Counted from the stretch's first letter, positions 33,310 to 46,659 are shown. The stretch: DNA of 64,000 bases from Paramoeba atlantica (GCA_977017575.1 CDRNVI010000032.1:1-64000), one strand, 5' to 3'. A program made the numbers and translations. The notes: generated by a model not told the origin, from the sequence alone.

Positions 33310-36300
33310 TTGCGGTGGTTGTAAAACTACCGCTCTACCCTGGATTATTGCGGTGGTTGTAAAACTACCGCTCTACACTCGATTATTGAAAAAAAAGTGA
33401 ACAAAAACAGTGAAAATATAAAGGGGAACACAGTAATATAATAGAAGAAAAAAATATAAAAGGGGGCTCCGGTGGTCCAAAACAGAAAAAAAAAATCGAA
33501 AAAAATGGGGGGTCCATGGGGTGGTCCAGGGGGGGGGGCATGGTCGAGCAAATTTTTTCGAAAAAATTAGTTTTCGAAAAAAAACCGCAGAAAGGGTAGC
33601 CGGGGTCTTGGCGCGCATTTTCCACCCCCCTACCCGGGGGTGACCCCCCCGCGTATCCGCAGGACGGGTCCGCCAAGTACGGATTTTTTCGGAAAAAATT
33701 TTTTGAAAAAAATTTCAACTTGGCGAAAAAAATGACAAAAAAAATATTTTTCCAAAATCGTTTCCCCTATTGTATTTTGATAGTTTGGGACCTACACTAG
33801 CTTTCTACTCAGTTGTTTTCGCAAGGTGTCCCTTCTTCGAACTGTGGTGCGCCCCTCAAAATGACCCATTTTTGACTAAAAAAGGTGAAAAAGTATTTTT
33901 CGGACCTAAAGGGGCATTTTTGTGTCGAAAGAATGGTATGGTTGGAGTCGCATTCTCTACCCAATACGTTCGGTAGGCTTCCATTCATGCCTACGAGTGA
34001 TTTACCACGCGCAAATGTCAGATTTAGTGCTCTGACAGCAAAAATACGCGAAAATGACCCAATTTGTACCCGAAATTCGGCTATTTTTGGCTATAATCTT
34101 TCCGTTTTCGAAGCTAAATTTTCTTTTTTAGGCTCTTCGTTAAACGCGGCGGTAGTTTTCAACGCGAAGCGCGCAGCATGAGTGACTTCTAAGTTGAAAA
34201 CAACCACCGCGTTTAACGAAGAGCCTAATATTATTTGGAGCTCATATTATAAGCATGAGTGACTTCTAAGTTGAAAGCAACCACCGCGTTTAACGAAGAG
34301 CCTAAAATTGCGGTGGTTGTAAAACTACCGCTCTACACTCGATTATTGAAAAAAAACATGAACAAAAACAGTGAAAATATAAAGGGGAACACAGTAATAC
34401 AATAGAAGAAAAAAATATAAAAGGGGGCTCCGGTGATACAAAACTGAGAAAAAAAATTTGAAAAAAATGGGGGGTCCAGGGGGGGGTCCAGGGGGGGGTC
34501 CAGGGGGGAGTCCAGGGGGGGGGTCCAGGGGGGGGTCATGGTCGAGCAAATTTTTTCGAAAAAATTAGTTTTCGAAACAAAACCGCAGAAAGGGTAGCCG
34601 GGGTCTTGGCGCGCATTTTCCACCCCCCTACCCGGGGGTGACCCCCCCGGCGTATCCGCAGGACGGGTCCGCCAAGTTTGGATTTTCTCGGAAAAAAAAT
34701 TTCAACTTGGCGAAAAAAATGGCAAAAAAAAATATTTTTCCAAAATCGTTTCCCTTATTGTATTTTGATAGTTTGGGACCTACACTAGCTTTCCCCGCAG
34801 TTGTTTTCGCAAGGTATCCCTTCTTCGAACCGTGGTGCGCCCCTCAAAAATACCTATTTTTGACTAAAAAAGGTGAAAAAGTATTTTTCGGACCTAAAGG
34901 GGCATTTTTGTGTCGAAAGAATGGTATGGTTGGAGTCGCATTCTCTACCCAATACGTTCGGTAGGCTTCCATTCATGCCTACGAGTGATTTCCCACGCGC
35001 AAATGTCGGATTTAGTGCTCTGACAGCAAAAATACCCAAAAATGACCCAATTTTTACCCGAAATTCGGCTATTTTTGGCTATAATCTTCCCGTTTTCCAG
35101 GCTAAATTTTCTTTTTTAGGCTCTTCGTTAAACGCGGCGGTAATTTTCAACGCGAAGCGCGCAGCATGAGTGACTTCTAAGTTGAAAACAACCACCGCGT
35201 TTAACGAAGAGCCTAAAAAAGAATTGAAAAAAAAGTGAACAAAAACAGTGAAAATATAAAGGGGAACACAGTAATACAATAGAAGAAAAAAATATAAAAG
35301 GGGGCTCCGGTCCAAAACAGAAAAAAAGAATTGAAAAAAATGGGGGGTCCGGGGGGGGGGATCCCCAGGGGGGGGCCAGGTGGGCGGTCCAGGGGGGGGG
35401 TCCAGTGGGGTGTCCAGGGGGGGTCATTGTCGAGAAATTTTTTTCGAAAAAATTAGTTTTCGAAAAAAATCCGCAGAAAGGGTAGCCGGCGTCTTGGCGC
35501 GCATTTTCGACCCCCCTACCCGGGGGTGAACCCCCCGCGTATCCGCAGGACGGGTCCGCCAAGTTCGGATTTTCTCGGAAAAAAAATTTCAACTTGGCGA
35601 AAAAAATGGCAAAAAAAAATATTTTTCCAAAATCGTTTCCCCTATTGTATTTTGATGGTTTGGGACCTACACTAGCTTTCTCCGCAGTTGTTTTCGCAAG
35701 GTGTCCCTTCTTCGAACTGTGGTGCGCCCCTCAAAATGACCCATTTTTGACTAAAAAAGGTGAAAAAGTATTTTTCGGACCTAAAGGGGCATTTTTGTGT
35801 CGAAAGAATGGTATGGTTGGAGTCGCATTCTCTACCCAATACGTTCGGTAGGCTTCCATTCATGCCTACGAGTGATTTACCACGCGCAAATGTCAGATTT
35901 AGTGCTCTGACAGCAAAAATACGCGAAAATGACCCAATTTGTACCCGAAATTCGGCTATTTTTGGCTATAATCTTTCCGTTTTCGAAGCTAAATTTTCTT
36001 TTTTAGGCTCTTCGTTAAACGCGGCGGTAGTTTTCAACGCGAAGCGCGCAGCATGAGTGACTTCTAAGTTGAAAACAACCACCGCGTTTAACGAAGAGCC
36101 TAATATTATTTGGAGCTCATATTATAAGCATGAGTGACTTCTAAGTTGAAAGCAACCACCGCGTTTAACGAAGAGCCTAAAATTGCGGTGGTTGTAAAAC
36201 TACCGCTCTACACTCGATTATTGAAAAAAAACATGAACAAAAACAGTGAAAATATAAAGGGGAACACAGTAATACAATAGAAGAAAAAAATATAAAAGGG

Positions 36301-39300
36301 GGCTCCGGTGATACAAAACTGAGAAAAAAAATTTGAAAAAAATGGGGGGTCCAGGGGGGGGTCCAGGGGGGGGTCCAGGGGGGAGTCCAGGGGGGGGGTC
36401 CAGGGGGGGGTCATGGTCGAGCAAATTTTTTCGAAAAAATTAGTTTTCGAAACAAAACCGCAGAAAGGGTAGCCGGGGTCTTGGCGCGCATTTTCCACCC
36501 CCCTACCCGGGGGTGACCCCCCCGGCGTATCCGCAGGACGGGTCCGCCAAGTTTGGATTTTCTCGGAAAAAAAATTTCAACTTGGCGAAAAAAATGGCAA
36601 AAAAAAATATTTTTCCAAAATCGTTTCCCTTATTGTATTTTGATAGTTTGGGACCTACACTAGCTTTCCCCGCAGTTGTTTTCGCAAGGTATCCCTTCTT
36701 CGAACCGTGGTGCGCCCCTCAAAAATACCTATTTTTGACTAAAAAAGGTGAAAAAGTATTTTTCGGACCTAAAGGGGCATTTTTGTGTCGAAAGAATGGT
36801 ATGGTTGGAGTCGCATTCTCTACCCAATACGTTCGGTAGGCTTCCATTCATGCCTACGAGTGATTTCCCACGCGCAAATGTCGGATTTAGTGCTCTGACA
36901 GCAAAAATACCCAAAAATGACCCAATTTTTACCCGAAATTCGGCTATTTTTGGCTATAATCTTCCCGTTTTCCAGGCTAAATTTTCTTTTTTAGGCTCTT
37001 CGTTAAACGCGGCGGTAATTTTCAACGCGAAGCGCGCAGCATGAGTGACTTCTAAGTTGAAAACAACCACCGCGTTTAACGAAGAGCCTAAAAAAGAATT
37101 GAAAAAAAAGTGAACAAAAACAGTGAAAATATAAAGGGGAACACAGTAATACAATAGAAGAAAAAAATATAAAAGGGGGCTCCGGTCCAAAACAGAAAAA
37201 AAGAATTGAAAAAAATGGGGGGTCCGGGGGGGGGGATCCCCAGGGGGGGGCCAGGTGGGCGGTCCAGGGGGGGGGTCCAGTGGGGTGTCCAGGGGGGGTC
37301 ATTGTCGAGAAATTTTTTTCGAAAAAATTAGTTTTCGAAAAAAATCCGCAGAAAGGGTAGCCGGCGTCTTGGCGCGCATTTTCGACCCCCCTACCCGGGG
37401 GTGAACCCCCCGCGTATCCGCAGGACGGGTCCGCCAAGTTCGGATTTTCTCGGAAAAAAAATTTCAACTTGGCGAAAAAAATGGCAAAAAAAAATATTTT
37501 TCCAAAATCGTTTCCCCTATTGTATTTTGATGGTTTGGGACCTACACTAGCTTTCTCCGCAGTTGTTTTCGCAAGGTGTCCCTTCTTCGAACTGTGGTGC
37601 GCCCCTCAAAATGACCCATTTTTGACTAAAAAAGGTGAAAAAGTATTTTTCGGACCTAAAGGGGCATTTTTGTGTCGAAAGAATGGTATGGTTGGAGTCG
37701 CATTCTCTACCCAATACGTTCGGTAGGCTTCCATTCATGCCTACGAGTGATTTACCACGCGCAAATGTCAGATTTAGTGCTCTGACAGCAAAAATACGCG
37801 AAAATGACCCAATTTGTACCCGAAATTCGGCTATTTTTGGCTATAATCTTTCCGTTTTCGAAGCTAAATTTTCTTTTTTAGGCTCTTCGTTAAACGCGGC
37901 GGTAGTTTTCAACGCGAAGCGCGCAGCATGAGTGACTTCTAAGTTGAAAACAACCACCGCGTTTAACGAAGAGCCTAATATTATTTGGAGCTCATATTAT
38001 AAGCATGAGTGACTTCTAAGTTGAAAGCAACCACCGCGTTTAACGAAGAGCCTAAAATTGCGGTGGTTGTAAAACTACCGCTCTACACTCGATTATTGAA
38101 AAAAAACATGAACAAAAACAGTGAAAATATAAAGGGGAACACAGTAATACAATAGAAGAAAAAAATATAAAAGGGGGCTCCGGTGATACAAAACTGAGAA
38201 AAAAAATTTGAAAAAAATGGGGGGTCCAGGGGGGGGTCCAGGGGGGGGTCCAGGGGGGAGTCCAGGGGGGGGGTCCAGGGGGGGGTCATGGTCGAGCAAA
38301 TTTTTTCGAAAAAATTAGTTTTCGAAACAAAACCGCAGAAAGGGTAGCCGGGGTCTTGGCGCGCATTTTCCACCCCCCTACCCGGGGGTGACCCCCCCGG
38401 CGTATCCGCAGGACGGGTCCGCCAAGTTTGGATTTTCTCGGAAAAAAAATTTCAACTTGGCGAAAAAAATGGCAAAAAAAAATATTTTTCCAAAATCGTT
38501 TCCCTTATTGTATTTTGATAGTTTGGGACCTACACTAGCTTTCCCCGCAGTTGTTTTCGCAAGGTATCCCTTCTTCGAACCGTGGTGCGCCCCTCAAAAA
38601 TACCTATTTTTGACTAAAAAAGGTGAAAAAGTATTTTTCGGACCTAAAGGGGCATTTTTGTGTCGAAAGAATGGTATGGTTGGAGTCGCATTCTCTACCC
38701 AATACGTTCGGTAGGCTTCCATTCATGCCTACGAGTGATTTCCCACGCGCAAATGTCGGATTTAGTGCTCTGACAGCAAAAATACCCAAAAATGACCCAA
38801 TTTTTACCCGAAATTCGGCTATTTTTGGCTATAATCTTCCCGTTTTCCAGGCTAAATTTTCTTTTTTAGGCTCTTCGTTAAACGCGGCGGTAATTTTCAA
38901 CGCGAAGCGCGCAGCATGAGTGACTTCTAAGTTGAAAACAACCACCGCGTTTAACGAAGAGCCTAAAAAAGAATTGAAAAAAAAGTGAACAAAAACAGTG
39001 AAAATATAAAGGGGAACACAGTAATACAATAGAAGAAAAAAATATAAAAGGGGGCTCCGGTCCAAAACAGAAAAAAAGAATTGAAAAAAATGGGGGGTCC
39101 GGGGGGGGGGATCCCCAGGGGGGGGCCAGGTGGGCGGTCCAGGGGGGGGGTCCAGTGGGGTGTCCAGGGGGGGTCATTGTCGAGAAATTTTTTTCGAAAA
39201 AATTAGTTTTCGAAAAAAATCCGCAGAAAGGGTAGCCGGCGTCTTGGCGCGCATTTTCGACCCCCCTACCCGGGGGTGAACCCCCCGCGTATCCGCAGGA

Positions 39301-39852
39301 CGGGTCCGCCAAGTTCGGATTTTCTCGGAAAAAAAATTTCAACTTGGCGAAAAAAATGGCAAAAAAAAATATTTTTCCAAAATCGTTTCCCCTATTGTAT
39401 TTTGATGGTTTGGGACCTACACTAGCTTTCTCCGCAGTTGTTTTCGCAAGGTGTCCCTTCTTCGAACCGTGGTGCGCCACTCAAAATGACCCATTTTTGA
39501 TTAAAAAAGGTGAAAAGGTATTTTTCGGATCTAAAGGGGCATTTTTGTGTCGAAAGAATGGTATGGTTGGAGTCGCATTCTCTACCCAATACGTTCGGTA
39601 GGCTTCCATTCATGCCTACGAGTGATTTACCACGCGCAAATGTCAGATTTAGTGCTCTGACAGCAAAAATACGCGAAAATGACCCAATTTGTACCCGAAA
39701 TTCGGCTATTTTTGGCTATAATCTTCCCGTTTTCCAGGCTAAATTTTCTTTTTTAGGCTCTTCGTTAAACGCGGCGGTAGTTTTCAACGCGAAGCGCGCA
39801 GCATGAGTGACTTCTAAGTTGAAAACAGCCACCGCGTTTAACGAAGAGCCTA
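33310..39852 (+). repeat. Tandem array of HINE-like family 1 monomers: 1875-bp dimeric unit, ~3.5 units (7 monomers), preceded by a diverged copy at ~32610-33300
   Basis: attgcggtgg starts at 34307, 36182 and 38057 (period 1875); identical ORF-track peptides recur at the same period. Confidence 0.9.
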
Positions 39853-39932
39853 AAAAAGATAATAATAATACGTCACTGTCGTGAATTTTCTGTAATGACA
39901 AATAAATATAATCTGAAAATGAAGCTCGACTT

Positions 39933-40859
39933 TCATTCGCCTTGACTATTGAGGTGTCGCTTACAGCACTTATGTAAGCATGTATTTTTGTTACGGAACG
40001 TGTGTTTACGTTCTGTTACGTCCGTCAACTGTCGTGCAGGAGTTTTTGTATAGTTTGAGGTTGTTTCTGGCGTAGTACTGTCTTGTTCGCATGCTGCCTT
40101 TGCTAGGGTGTCCGCAAGATCATTCATCGTATTTCCCGAGTGTGCGCGCACCTTGACCACAAAGACCTTTTGGCTATCGAGAATTTTACCCGCTAGTTCG
40201 CCGATTTCCATGAGGAGATCAGAGTTGTCGAAGTCAGAATAATTTCCGAGCTGACAAGGCACACGAATGCGGTGCTAGAAATTCCAAACGTGCTCAGCAT
40301 CTACATGGATCACTACTGGTATTCCTTTGATGCTCCCCATGCGAAGTGCATTTAGAAAGGCTCGTAGTTCAGCTCTGATCGGTGTAGCATACGTGGGACT
40401 TAGTTTCTCTTTCGAAGTAAGCTTTAGAAATCCGCTTTGGCATATTACTATGGCAGCTCCTGCTCCCACATGGTTTCCTCTGCGGTACATCGAACCGTCG
40501 CAATATATGTGCAGTAGCTCATGATCGGGCCATTGCTCCTTACCTTCTTCATAGAATTGCAGAGCTTCGCATTTTTCTAGCTCGGTAAGCTGGGGAGACA
40601 GCAAAATCTTATTGACCTCGGTCTTCGTATAGGACGATACCGGACGGTAGCGCGCAATTGGTTCTAGGCGCTCTCGCAAGTTCCCCACTACTGCACGCCA
40701 TGCTTCCCGATCCTGTGCCAATTCCCATAACTCCGCTACGTCCATACCAAGATCCTCCGCACATGCTTCAGAAAGTGATTTAATGCGAGCATTTTCTTTC
40801 GTGCTCCAAAGCATGACATTTGCGAAGGGTGTGTCGTGTCTCAGCATGTGCCCTACCAA
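39933..40859 (-). pseudogene. Second RTE-like retrotransposon C-terminus with RNase H, frameshifted
   Basis: VGHMLRH..LAQDREAWRAVV (RTE-like), then HIYCDGS, RAELRA, IHVDAEHV and VKVRAHSGNTMNDLADTLAK (RNase H). Confidence 0.8.
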
Positions 40860-40897
40860 CCTGGCTCTGTTTTCGCGAATAACTGTGGAAAATTTAT

Positions 40898-41004
40898 TAT
40901 GACAGATAAGGGTGCATTATGACAGATAAGGGTGCTGCATGACAGATAAGGATGCGAGTTTCTATGACAGATAAGGGTGCCGCGTTTATGACAGATAAGG
41001 GTGC
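40898..41004. repeat. Minisatellite tatgacagataagggtgc x5
   Basis: Five 18-bp cores spaced 20-25 bp apart. Confidence 0.85.
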
Positions 41005-41009
41005 GAGTG

Positions 41010-41552
41010 GGGGGTCCAGGGGGGGGCATACGTCGCGATTTTCTTTTCGATCTTTTTGTTTTTCGAAATCGAGCGCAGGGAAGTGGTAGAGTAGGCCGCG
41101 GCGATAATTTTCCGCCCCCCCCTAGGGGTACCCCCCCCTGGTACGCGCAGGAGGGGTCCGACAAGGTCAAAATTTCCGAAACTTTTGGGGTGACCAAAAA
41201 AATTTCTTTTTGACCCAAAAAAAAGTAAACATATTATTTTTCCAAAATCGATTCCTAAAACGTGTTTTAGGAGTTTGGGACCTCAGCTACCATTCTACGA
41301 CGTTTTTTTCGTCAGATCCGTCTCCTACTGGGAAGGCATCAAAAACGTCCTAAATTCGGTTTAAAATTTCGCATTTTTTGCCGAAAAATCGAGGTTTTTC
41401 CCCCTAAAAAATCGAATATGCATGATCTTTTCGCGATTTTTCTTTTTTAGGCTCTTCGTTAAACGCGGTGGTAGTTTTCAACGCGAAGCGCGCAGCATGA
41501 GTGACTTCTAAGTTGAAAACAACCACCGCGTTTAACGAAGAGCCTAAAAAAG
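41010..41552 (+). mobile_element. HINE-like family 2 copy
   Basis: Reverse complement of the 18.9-19.9 kb module; ends in the shared palindrome. Confidence 0.7.
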
Positions 41553-41564
41553 TTTGAATAATAT

Positions 41565-41863
41565 AGCATTATGCGGCTCTATTTGAATAATATAGCGTTA
41601 TTTGAATAATATAGTGTTAATTTGAATATTATAGTGTTAATTTGAATAAAGTAGCGCCGTGAGTAGCGAAAAATGCGATTTTGGTGGATGGTAATGCAAA
41701 GGTTTGTCTAAAATCCGGTCCATCATGCCAAAAATTGGCGATTTCAATATTATAGCGTTATTTGAATAATATAGTGTTAAATTGAATAATATAGTGTTAA
41801 TTTGAATGATGTAGTGTAATTTGAATAATGTAGCGTTATTGAATAATATACCGTTCCCCGGGT
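41565..41863. repeat. AT-rich ~19-bp subterminal repeats ending in an accgttccccgggt-ta terminus
   Basis: (tttgaataatatagtgttaa)n; the complementary terminus ta-acccggggaacggt with similar repeats occurs at 46049-46150. Confidence 0.6.
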
Positions 41864-42152
41864 TAAAAACTAGACAAAAGTTGGGAGAAAAGAGGAAACT
41901 GGCCAAAAAAGCATACCCCCCCAGTAAGAGAGATTTGGCCATTTCGACCCAAAAACCATTCTTTTACTGGGGGGGGCATCCGGTACTATAGTATCTCCCA
42001 CAATTCAGGTTAACGTTTTTAGCAAAGAGTGCTAACATAACACAAAAGACAAAGTTTAAAAGACTGCAAAAAAATGTTATCAGAAATTATGTGATTACGC
42101 ATAAAATTTCTACGCATGAATTTTCTATGCTTTTAAAGTGAGTAGACGGTGA

Positions 42153-42821
42153 CTAAGAATTGTATTTTACATTAATGGCTGCATTCATCGCTTTATTTCG
42201 CTCCAAGACCTGCGAGACTATGTCGTCCTCTATACTTCGCATCGGATCTTCTGATGCCATGGTATTTTCGGTTGGAAAATTGTTAGACTTAGATTCAATC
42301 GTTGAAGATATATGAGAAGGAGAAAACAAACCCATACCGAAATTTTGTTTGCTCGATTTACTTTCAATTTTTGGCAAGTGGTAATCTTTCCGTATCTTGT
42401 CCAATGCACTGATCTCAGCACGATATTGAGATAGATAAGGACATTGCTCTATTTTTTCGTTCATTTCTGTTTTCATCGATTCCACGAGCAACGCAGCAGA
42501 ATGACGAAAATAGTACTGGTGCAACGTCCAGAATTGACCACCTAAAAGATAGCCAGACACAGTAAAGGCGATCCATGGAATCTTTTGAAGGGAAGGAAAC
42601 TTAGTGCGGGCTCCTAACATCGATAATGAGAAACCGACCATACTCAAAGCGTAATAGGAGACTCCTACATAGTAAAATTGCTGACTTTTTTGAATCCCTT
42701 GCAGACCAATTTGCAAATTTTGACGATTTTTATTAATAATCGCTTTCGCAAGAGTTCTTTGCTTAGCGATTCTTTCCAGCTCCATATCTCGAGACAAGCC
42801 ACTGGAGTGAGAAAGGCCCAT
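42153..42821 (-). CDS. Hypothetical membrane protein (222 aa), isolated among repeats
   Basis: Intact ATG-to-stop ORF with two hydrophobic segments; family not recognised. Confidence 0.65.
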   Translation of the reverse strand: MGLSHSSGLSRDMELERIAKQRTLAKAIINKNRQNLQIGLQGIQKSQQFYYVGVSYYALSMVGFSLSMLGARTKFPSLQKIPWIAFTVSGYLLGGQFWTLHQYYFRHSAALLVESMKTEMNEKIEQCPYLSQYRAEISALDKIRKDYHLPKIESKSSKQNFGMGLFSPSHISSTIESKSNNFPTENTMASEDPMRSIEDDIVSQVLERNKAMNAAINVKYNS

Positions 42822-42954
42822 AATGTATAATTTTAATATAAACGGAGGTAAAAGTGATTATTAGAGACGGTTTCATTTACTTTTGAAGTAAACCGGGCTT
42901 AGTTCCGCCATAGTGATAAGTGAAATCAAATTTGAATTCAATATTAAATTGGTA

Positions 42955-43161
42955 ATCCAGGTATAAAGGGGCGAGGGAGATACGAAGCAACAGATGTAGC
43001 AGATTCCCACAGAAAAGAAATCACATCTCCCTGCACGAGAAATGCCTACAATATGCGCTTGCTAGATTGCAGCCAACTTCGTGCAGGGAGATACGATTTT
43101 TTTCAGTCGGCATCTACTACATCTGTTGCTTCGTATCTCCCTCGCCCCTTTATACCTGGAT
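42955..43161. mobile_element. CCAGG-family MITE with perfect 45-bp TIRs
   Basis: atccaggtataaaggggcgagggagatacgaagcaacagatgtag and its exact reverse complement. Confidence 0.88.
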
Positions 43162-43261
43162 ACTACAAAAATAGTTTTGTCGTATCGATCAGTAAATTTC
43201 GTGGGCGTTCTCGCAGTAAGAATTGGCAAAACAATGCCAACCTTCTTCTCAAAATTGGCTT

Positions 43262-45370
43262 CTGACAAAGTGGTCAGCTGGCCACCCCCTGAAAAAGTGG
43301 CCAGCTGGCCACCCTCTGAAAAATTGCCCAGTTGGCCACCCACTGAAAATGTGGCCACCTGGCCACCCTCTGAAAAAGTGGCCACCTGGCCACCCACTGA
43401 AAAAGTGGTCAGCTGGCCACTCTATGAAAAAGTGGTCACCTGGCCGCCCCCTGAAAAACTGGCCCGCTGGCCACCCTCTGAAAAAGTGGCCACCTGGACA
43501 CCCACTGGAAAAATTGGCCCACTTGGCAACCCTCTGAAAAAGTGGCCACCTGGCCACCCACTGAAAAAGTGGCCAGCTGGCCACCCTAAGAAAAAGTGGC
43601 CAGCTGGCCACCCTAAGAAAAAGTGGCCAGCTGGCCATCCACTGAAAAAGTGGTCACCTGGCCGCCCCCTGAAAAAGTTGACCCACTTGGCCACCCTCTG
43701 AAAAAGTGGCCACCTGGCCACCACCCCAAAAAGTGGCCACCTGGTCAGATGCGTTTCAGTGGCCACCCACTGAAAAAGTGGCCACCTGGCCACCCTCTGA
43801 AAAAGTGGCCACCTGGTCACCCTCTGGAAAAGTTCGCCCAGTTGGCCACCCACTGAAAATGTGGCCACCTGGCCACCCTCTGAAAAAGTGGCCACCTGGC
43901 CACCCACTGAAAAAGTGGTCAGCTGGCCACTCTATGAAAAAGTGGTCACCTGGCCGCCCCCTGAAAAACTGGCCCGCTGGCCACCCTCTGAAAAAGTGGC
44001 CACCTGGACACCCACTGGAAAAATTGGCCCACTTGGCAACCCTCTGAAAAAGTGGCCACCTGGCCACCCACTGAAAAAGTGGCCAGCTGGCCACCCTAAG
44101 AAAAAGTGGCCAGCTGGCCACCCTAAGAAAAAGTGGCCAGCTGGCCATCCACTGAAAAAGTGGTCACCTGGCCGCCCCCTGAAAAAGTTGACCCACTTGG
44201 CCACCCTCTGAAAAAGTGGCCACCTGGCCACCACCCCAAAAAGTGGCCACCTGGTCAGATGCGTTTCAGTGGCCACCCACTGAAAAAGTGGCCACCTGGC
44301 CACCCTCTGAAAAAGTGGCCACCTGGTCACCCTCTGGAAAAGTTCGCCCAGTTGGCCACCCACTGAAAATGTGGCCACCTGGCCACCCTCTGAAAAAGTG
44401 GCCACCTGGCCACCCACTGAAAAAGTGGTCAGCTGGCCACTCTATGAAAAAGTGGTCACCTGGCCGCCCCCTGAAAAACTGGCCCGCTGGCCACCCTCTG
44501 AAAAAGTGGCCACCTGGACACCCACTGGAAAAATTGGCCCACTTGGCAACCCTCTGAAAAAGTGGCCACCTGGCCACCCACTGAAAAAGTGGCCAGCTGG
44601 CCACCCTAAGAAAAAGTGGCCAGCTGGCCACCCTAAGAAAAAGTGGCCAGCTGGCCATCCACTGAAAAAGTGGTCACCTGGCCGCCCCCTGAAAAAGTTG
44701 ACCCACTTGGCCACCCTCTGAAAAAGTGGCCACCTGGCCACCACCCCAAAAAGTGGCCACCTGGTCAGATGCGTTTCAGTGGCCACCCACTGAAAAAGTG
44801 GCCACCTGGCCACCCTCTGAAAAAGTGGCCACCTGGTCACCCTCTGGAAAAGTTCGCCCACGTGGCAACCCTCTGAAAAAGTGGCCACCTGGCCACCCAC
44901 TGAAAAAGTGGCCAGCTGGCCATCCACTGAAAAAGTGGCCACCTGGCCATCCACTGAAAATGTGGTCACCTGGCCGCCCCCTGAAAAAGTGGTCAGCTGA
45001 CCACCCTCTGAAAAAGTGGCCCGCTGGCCACCCTCTGAAAAAGTGGCCACCTGGACACCCACTGGAAAAATTGGCCCACTTGGCCACCCTCTGAAAAAGT
45101 GGCCACCTGGCCACCCTCTGGAAAAGTTGGCCCACTTGACCATCCTCTGAAAAAGTGGCCACCTGGCCATCCACTGAAAATGTGGTCACCTGGCCGCCCT
45201 CCGAAAAAGTGGCCAGCTGGCCACCACTCGAAAAAGTGGCCACCTGGCCAGATGCGTTTCAGTGGCCACCTGGCCAGATGCGTTTCAGTGGCCACCCACT
45301 GAAAAAGTGGTCAGCTGGCCACCCCCTGAAAAAGTGGTCAGCTGGCCACCCCCTGAAAAAGTGGCCAGCT
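43262..45370. repeat. 27-bp minisatellite (gaaaaagtggccacctggccaccctct) with a 510-bp higher-order repeat
   Basis: 9-aa periodicity in the ORF track; identical ORFs at 43422/43932/44442 and 43706/44216/44726. Confidence 0.95.
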
Positions 45371-46659
45371 GCCCTTTCATGCAGGAGGTGGCCAGCTTGC
45401 GGCTTTTTTTGGACGCTGCCATTCATCTTACGTATACGAAATACAAATTGCAATTTTTGGTAGTCAGCCGGCCATTTTTAGAGGTGGTGGCCGGCTCACC
45501 ATTGTGCCAGGGGCCAGCTGGCCACTTTTTCAAGGCCGAGAAAATCATACCTTTTTTTCGTTCATTTGTTATGCCGTCGGCCAGTGAAATGCGTTTCAAA
45601 AAAAAAACAATAATTCTGAAAGTTAGTTTAGGAGCTCAAAAATATTCCACAAACTTTGAAACAGCTGTAGTCTGTCAATTTTGGGAATATAATCAAGGAT
45701 CTTCACGTTTTTATGGATTTGAATTGTCCGCCTCTGAGCCGCATTCCGAGTCGCCGTTTTCGTAAAAGGATTCTAAAAACTGCTGACCGGACTCGATTGT
45801 TTTCATTTTTGGAGTATTACAGAGATTCATTGATGAGCCATACCTCTGTTTTTAAAATTTAAAAAAAAATTGTTTTTGTGCTCGTTTTATGCCCATTTTG
45901 AGCTCGCGGAATTAACCTTAGTAAGCGAGTTAGATACTCACCGTATCTCCCTCAATTGCGGTGGTTGTATAACTATCGCTCTACACTCCATTATTGAAAA
46001 AAAAGTGAACAAAAACAGTGAAAATATAAAGAGGAACACAGTAACATAACCCGGGGAACGGTGTATTATTTAAATCGCTATTTAAATAATATAGTGTTAA
46101 AGTTTGTATTTAAATAATATAGCGTTAACGCTATAATATTTAAATAGGAGAAAAACGCAAGTAAAAATGTCGTCTTTAGAAGTACGTACGGTAGTTTAAG
46201 GGGCTTCTTAGTTGGTATAGAGCACTTAAAAAGCTGTCAGTTCTTTACTGTAAAAACTTTAAAACTGTAAAAAGCGGTTTTAAGTCCTCCAAATATGAGG
46301 TTCGACTGTACGTGGGGGAGCCTGTGATCCTTCTGGACGTCCGCGTTTCTTCATACGTGGAGAGGGAGCATTACCAACAGTGTAGAGGACTATTGGGGAC
46401 TTGAAGATGAAGATGCAGCCGAAGAGAAAGAGTCCGAAGAACCATTTACCTTGCGAAATGTTTTGTCACGGAACTCGTTTTTAACAAACGGGAAATTGGA
46501 TGTGGACGTTTTGAAGCGACGGCTCCGATCTGAGCTTGATTTACCCAATGGGATGGCAAGGACTGTTCGTCTGTTCGAGAGCACTCGAATGCGTACTATT
46601 TTCCAAAATTAGCCACCCCTGTATGTAACATAGGATGTGTACGTTCAAAATGTAAATGT

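Noticed and set aside
33345-39901. Recurrent 60-200 aa ORFs in the HINE-like repeats and in SINE copies
   Set aside because: Frames and lengths vary between copies, there are no recognisable domains, and they are by-products of non-coding repeats.
43081-45765. Many ORFs with KKWPPGHPL, EKVATWPP or GWPAGHFF repeats
   Set aside because: They are open in most frames on both strands simply because the 27-bp unit lacks stops; no coding evidence.
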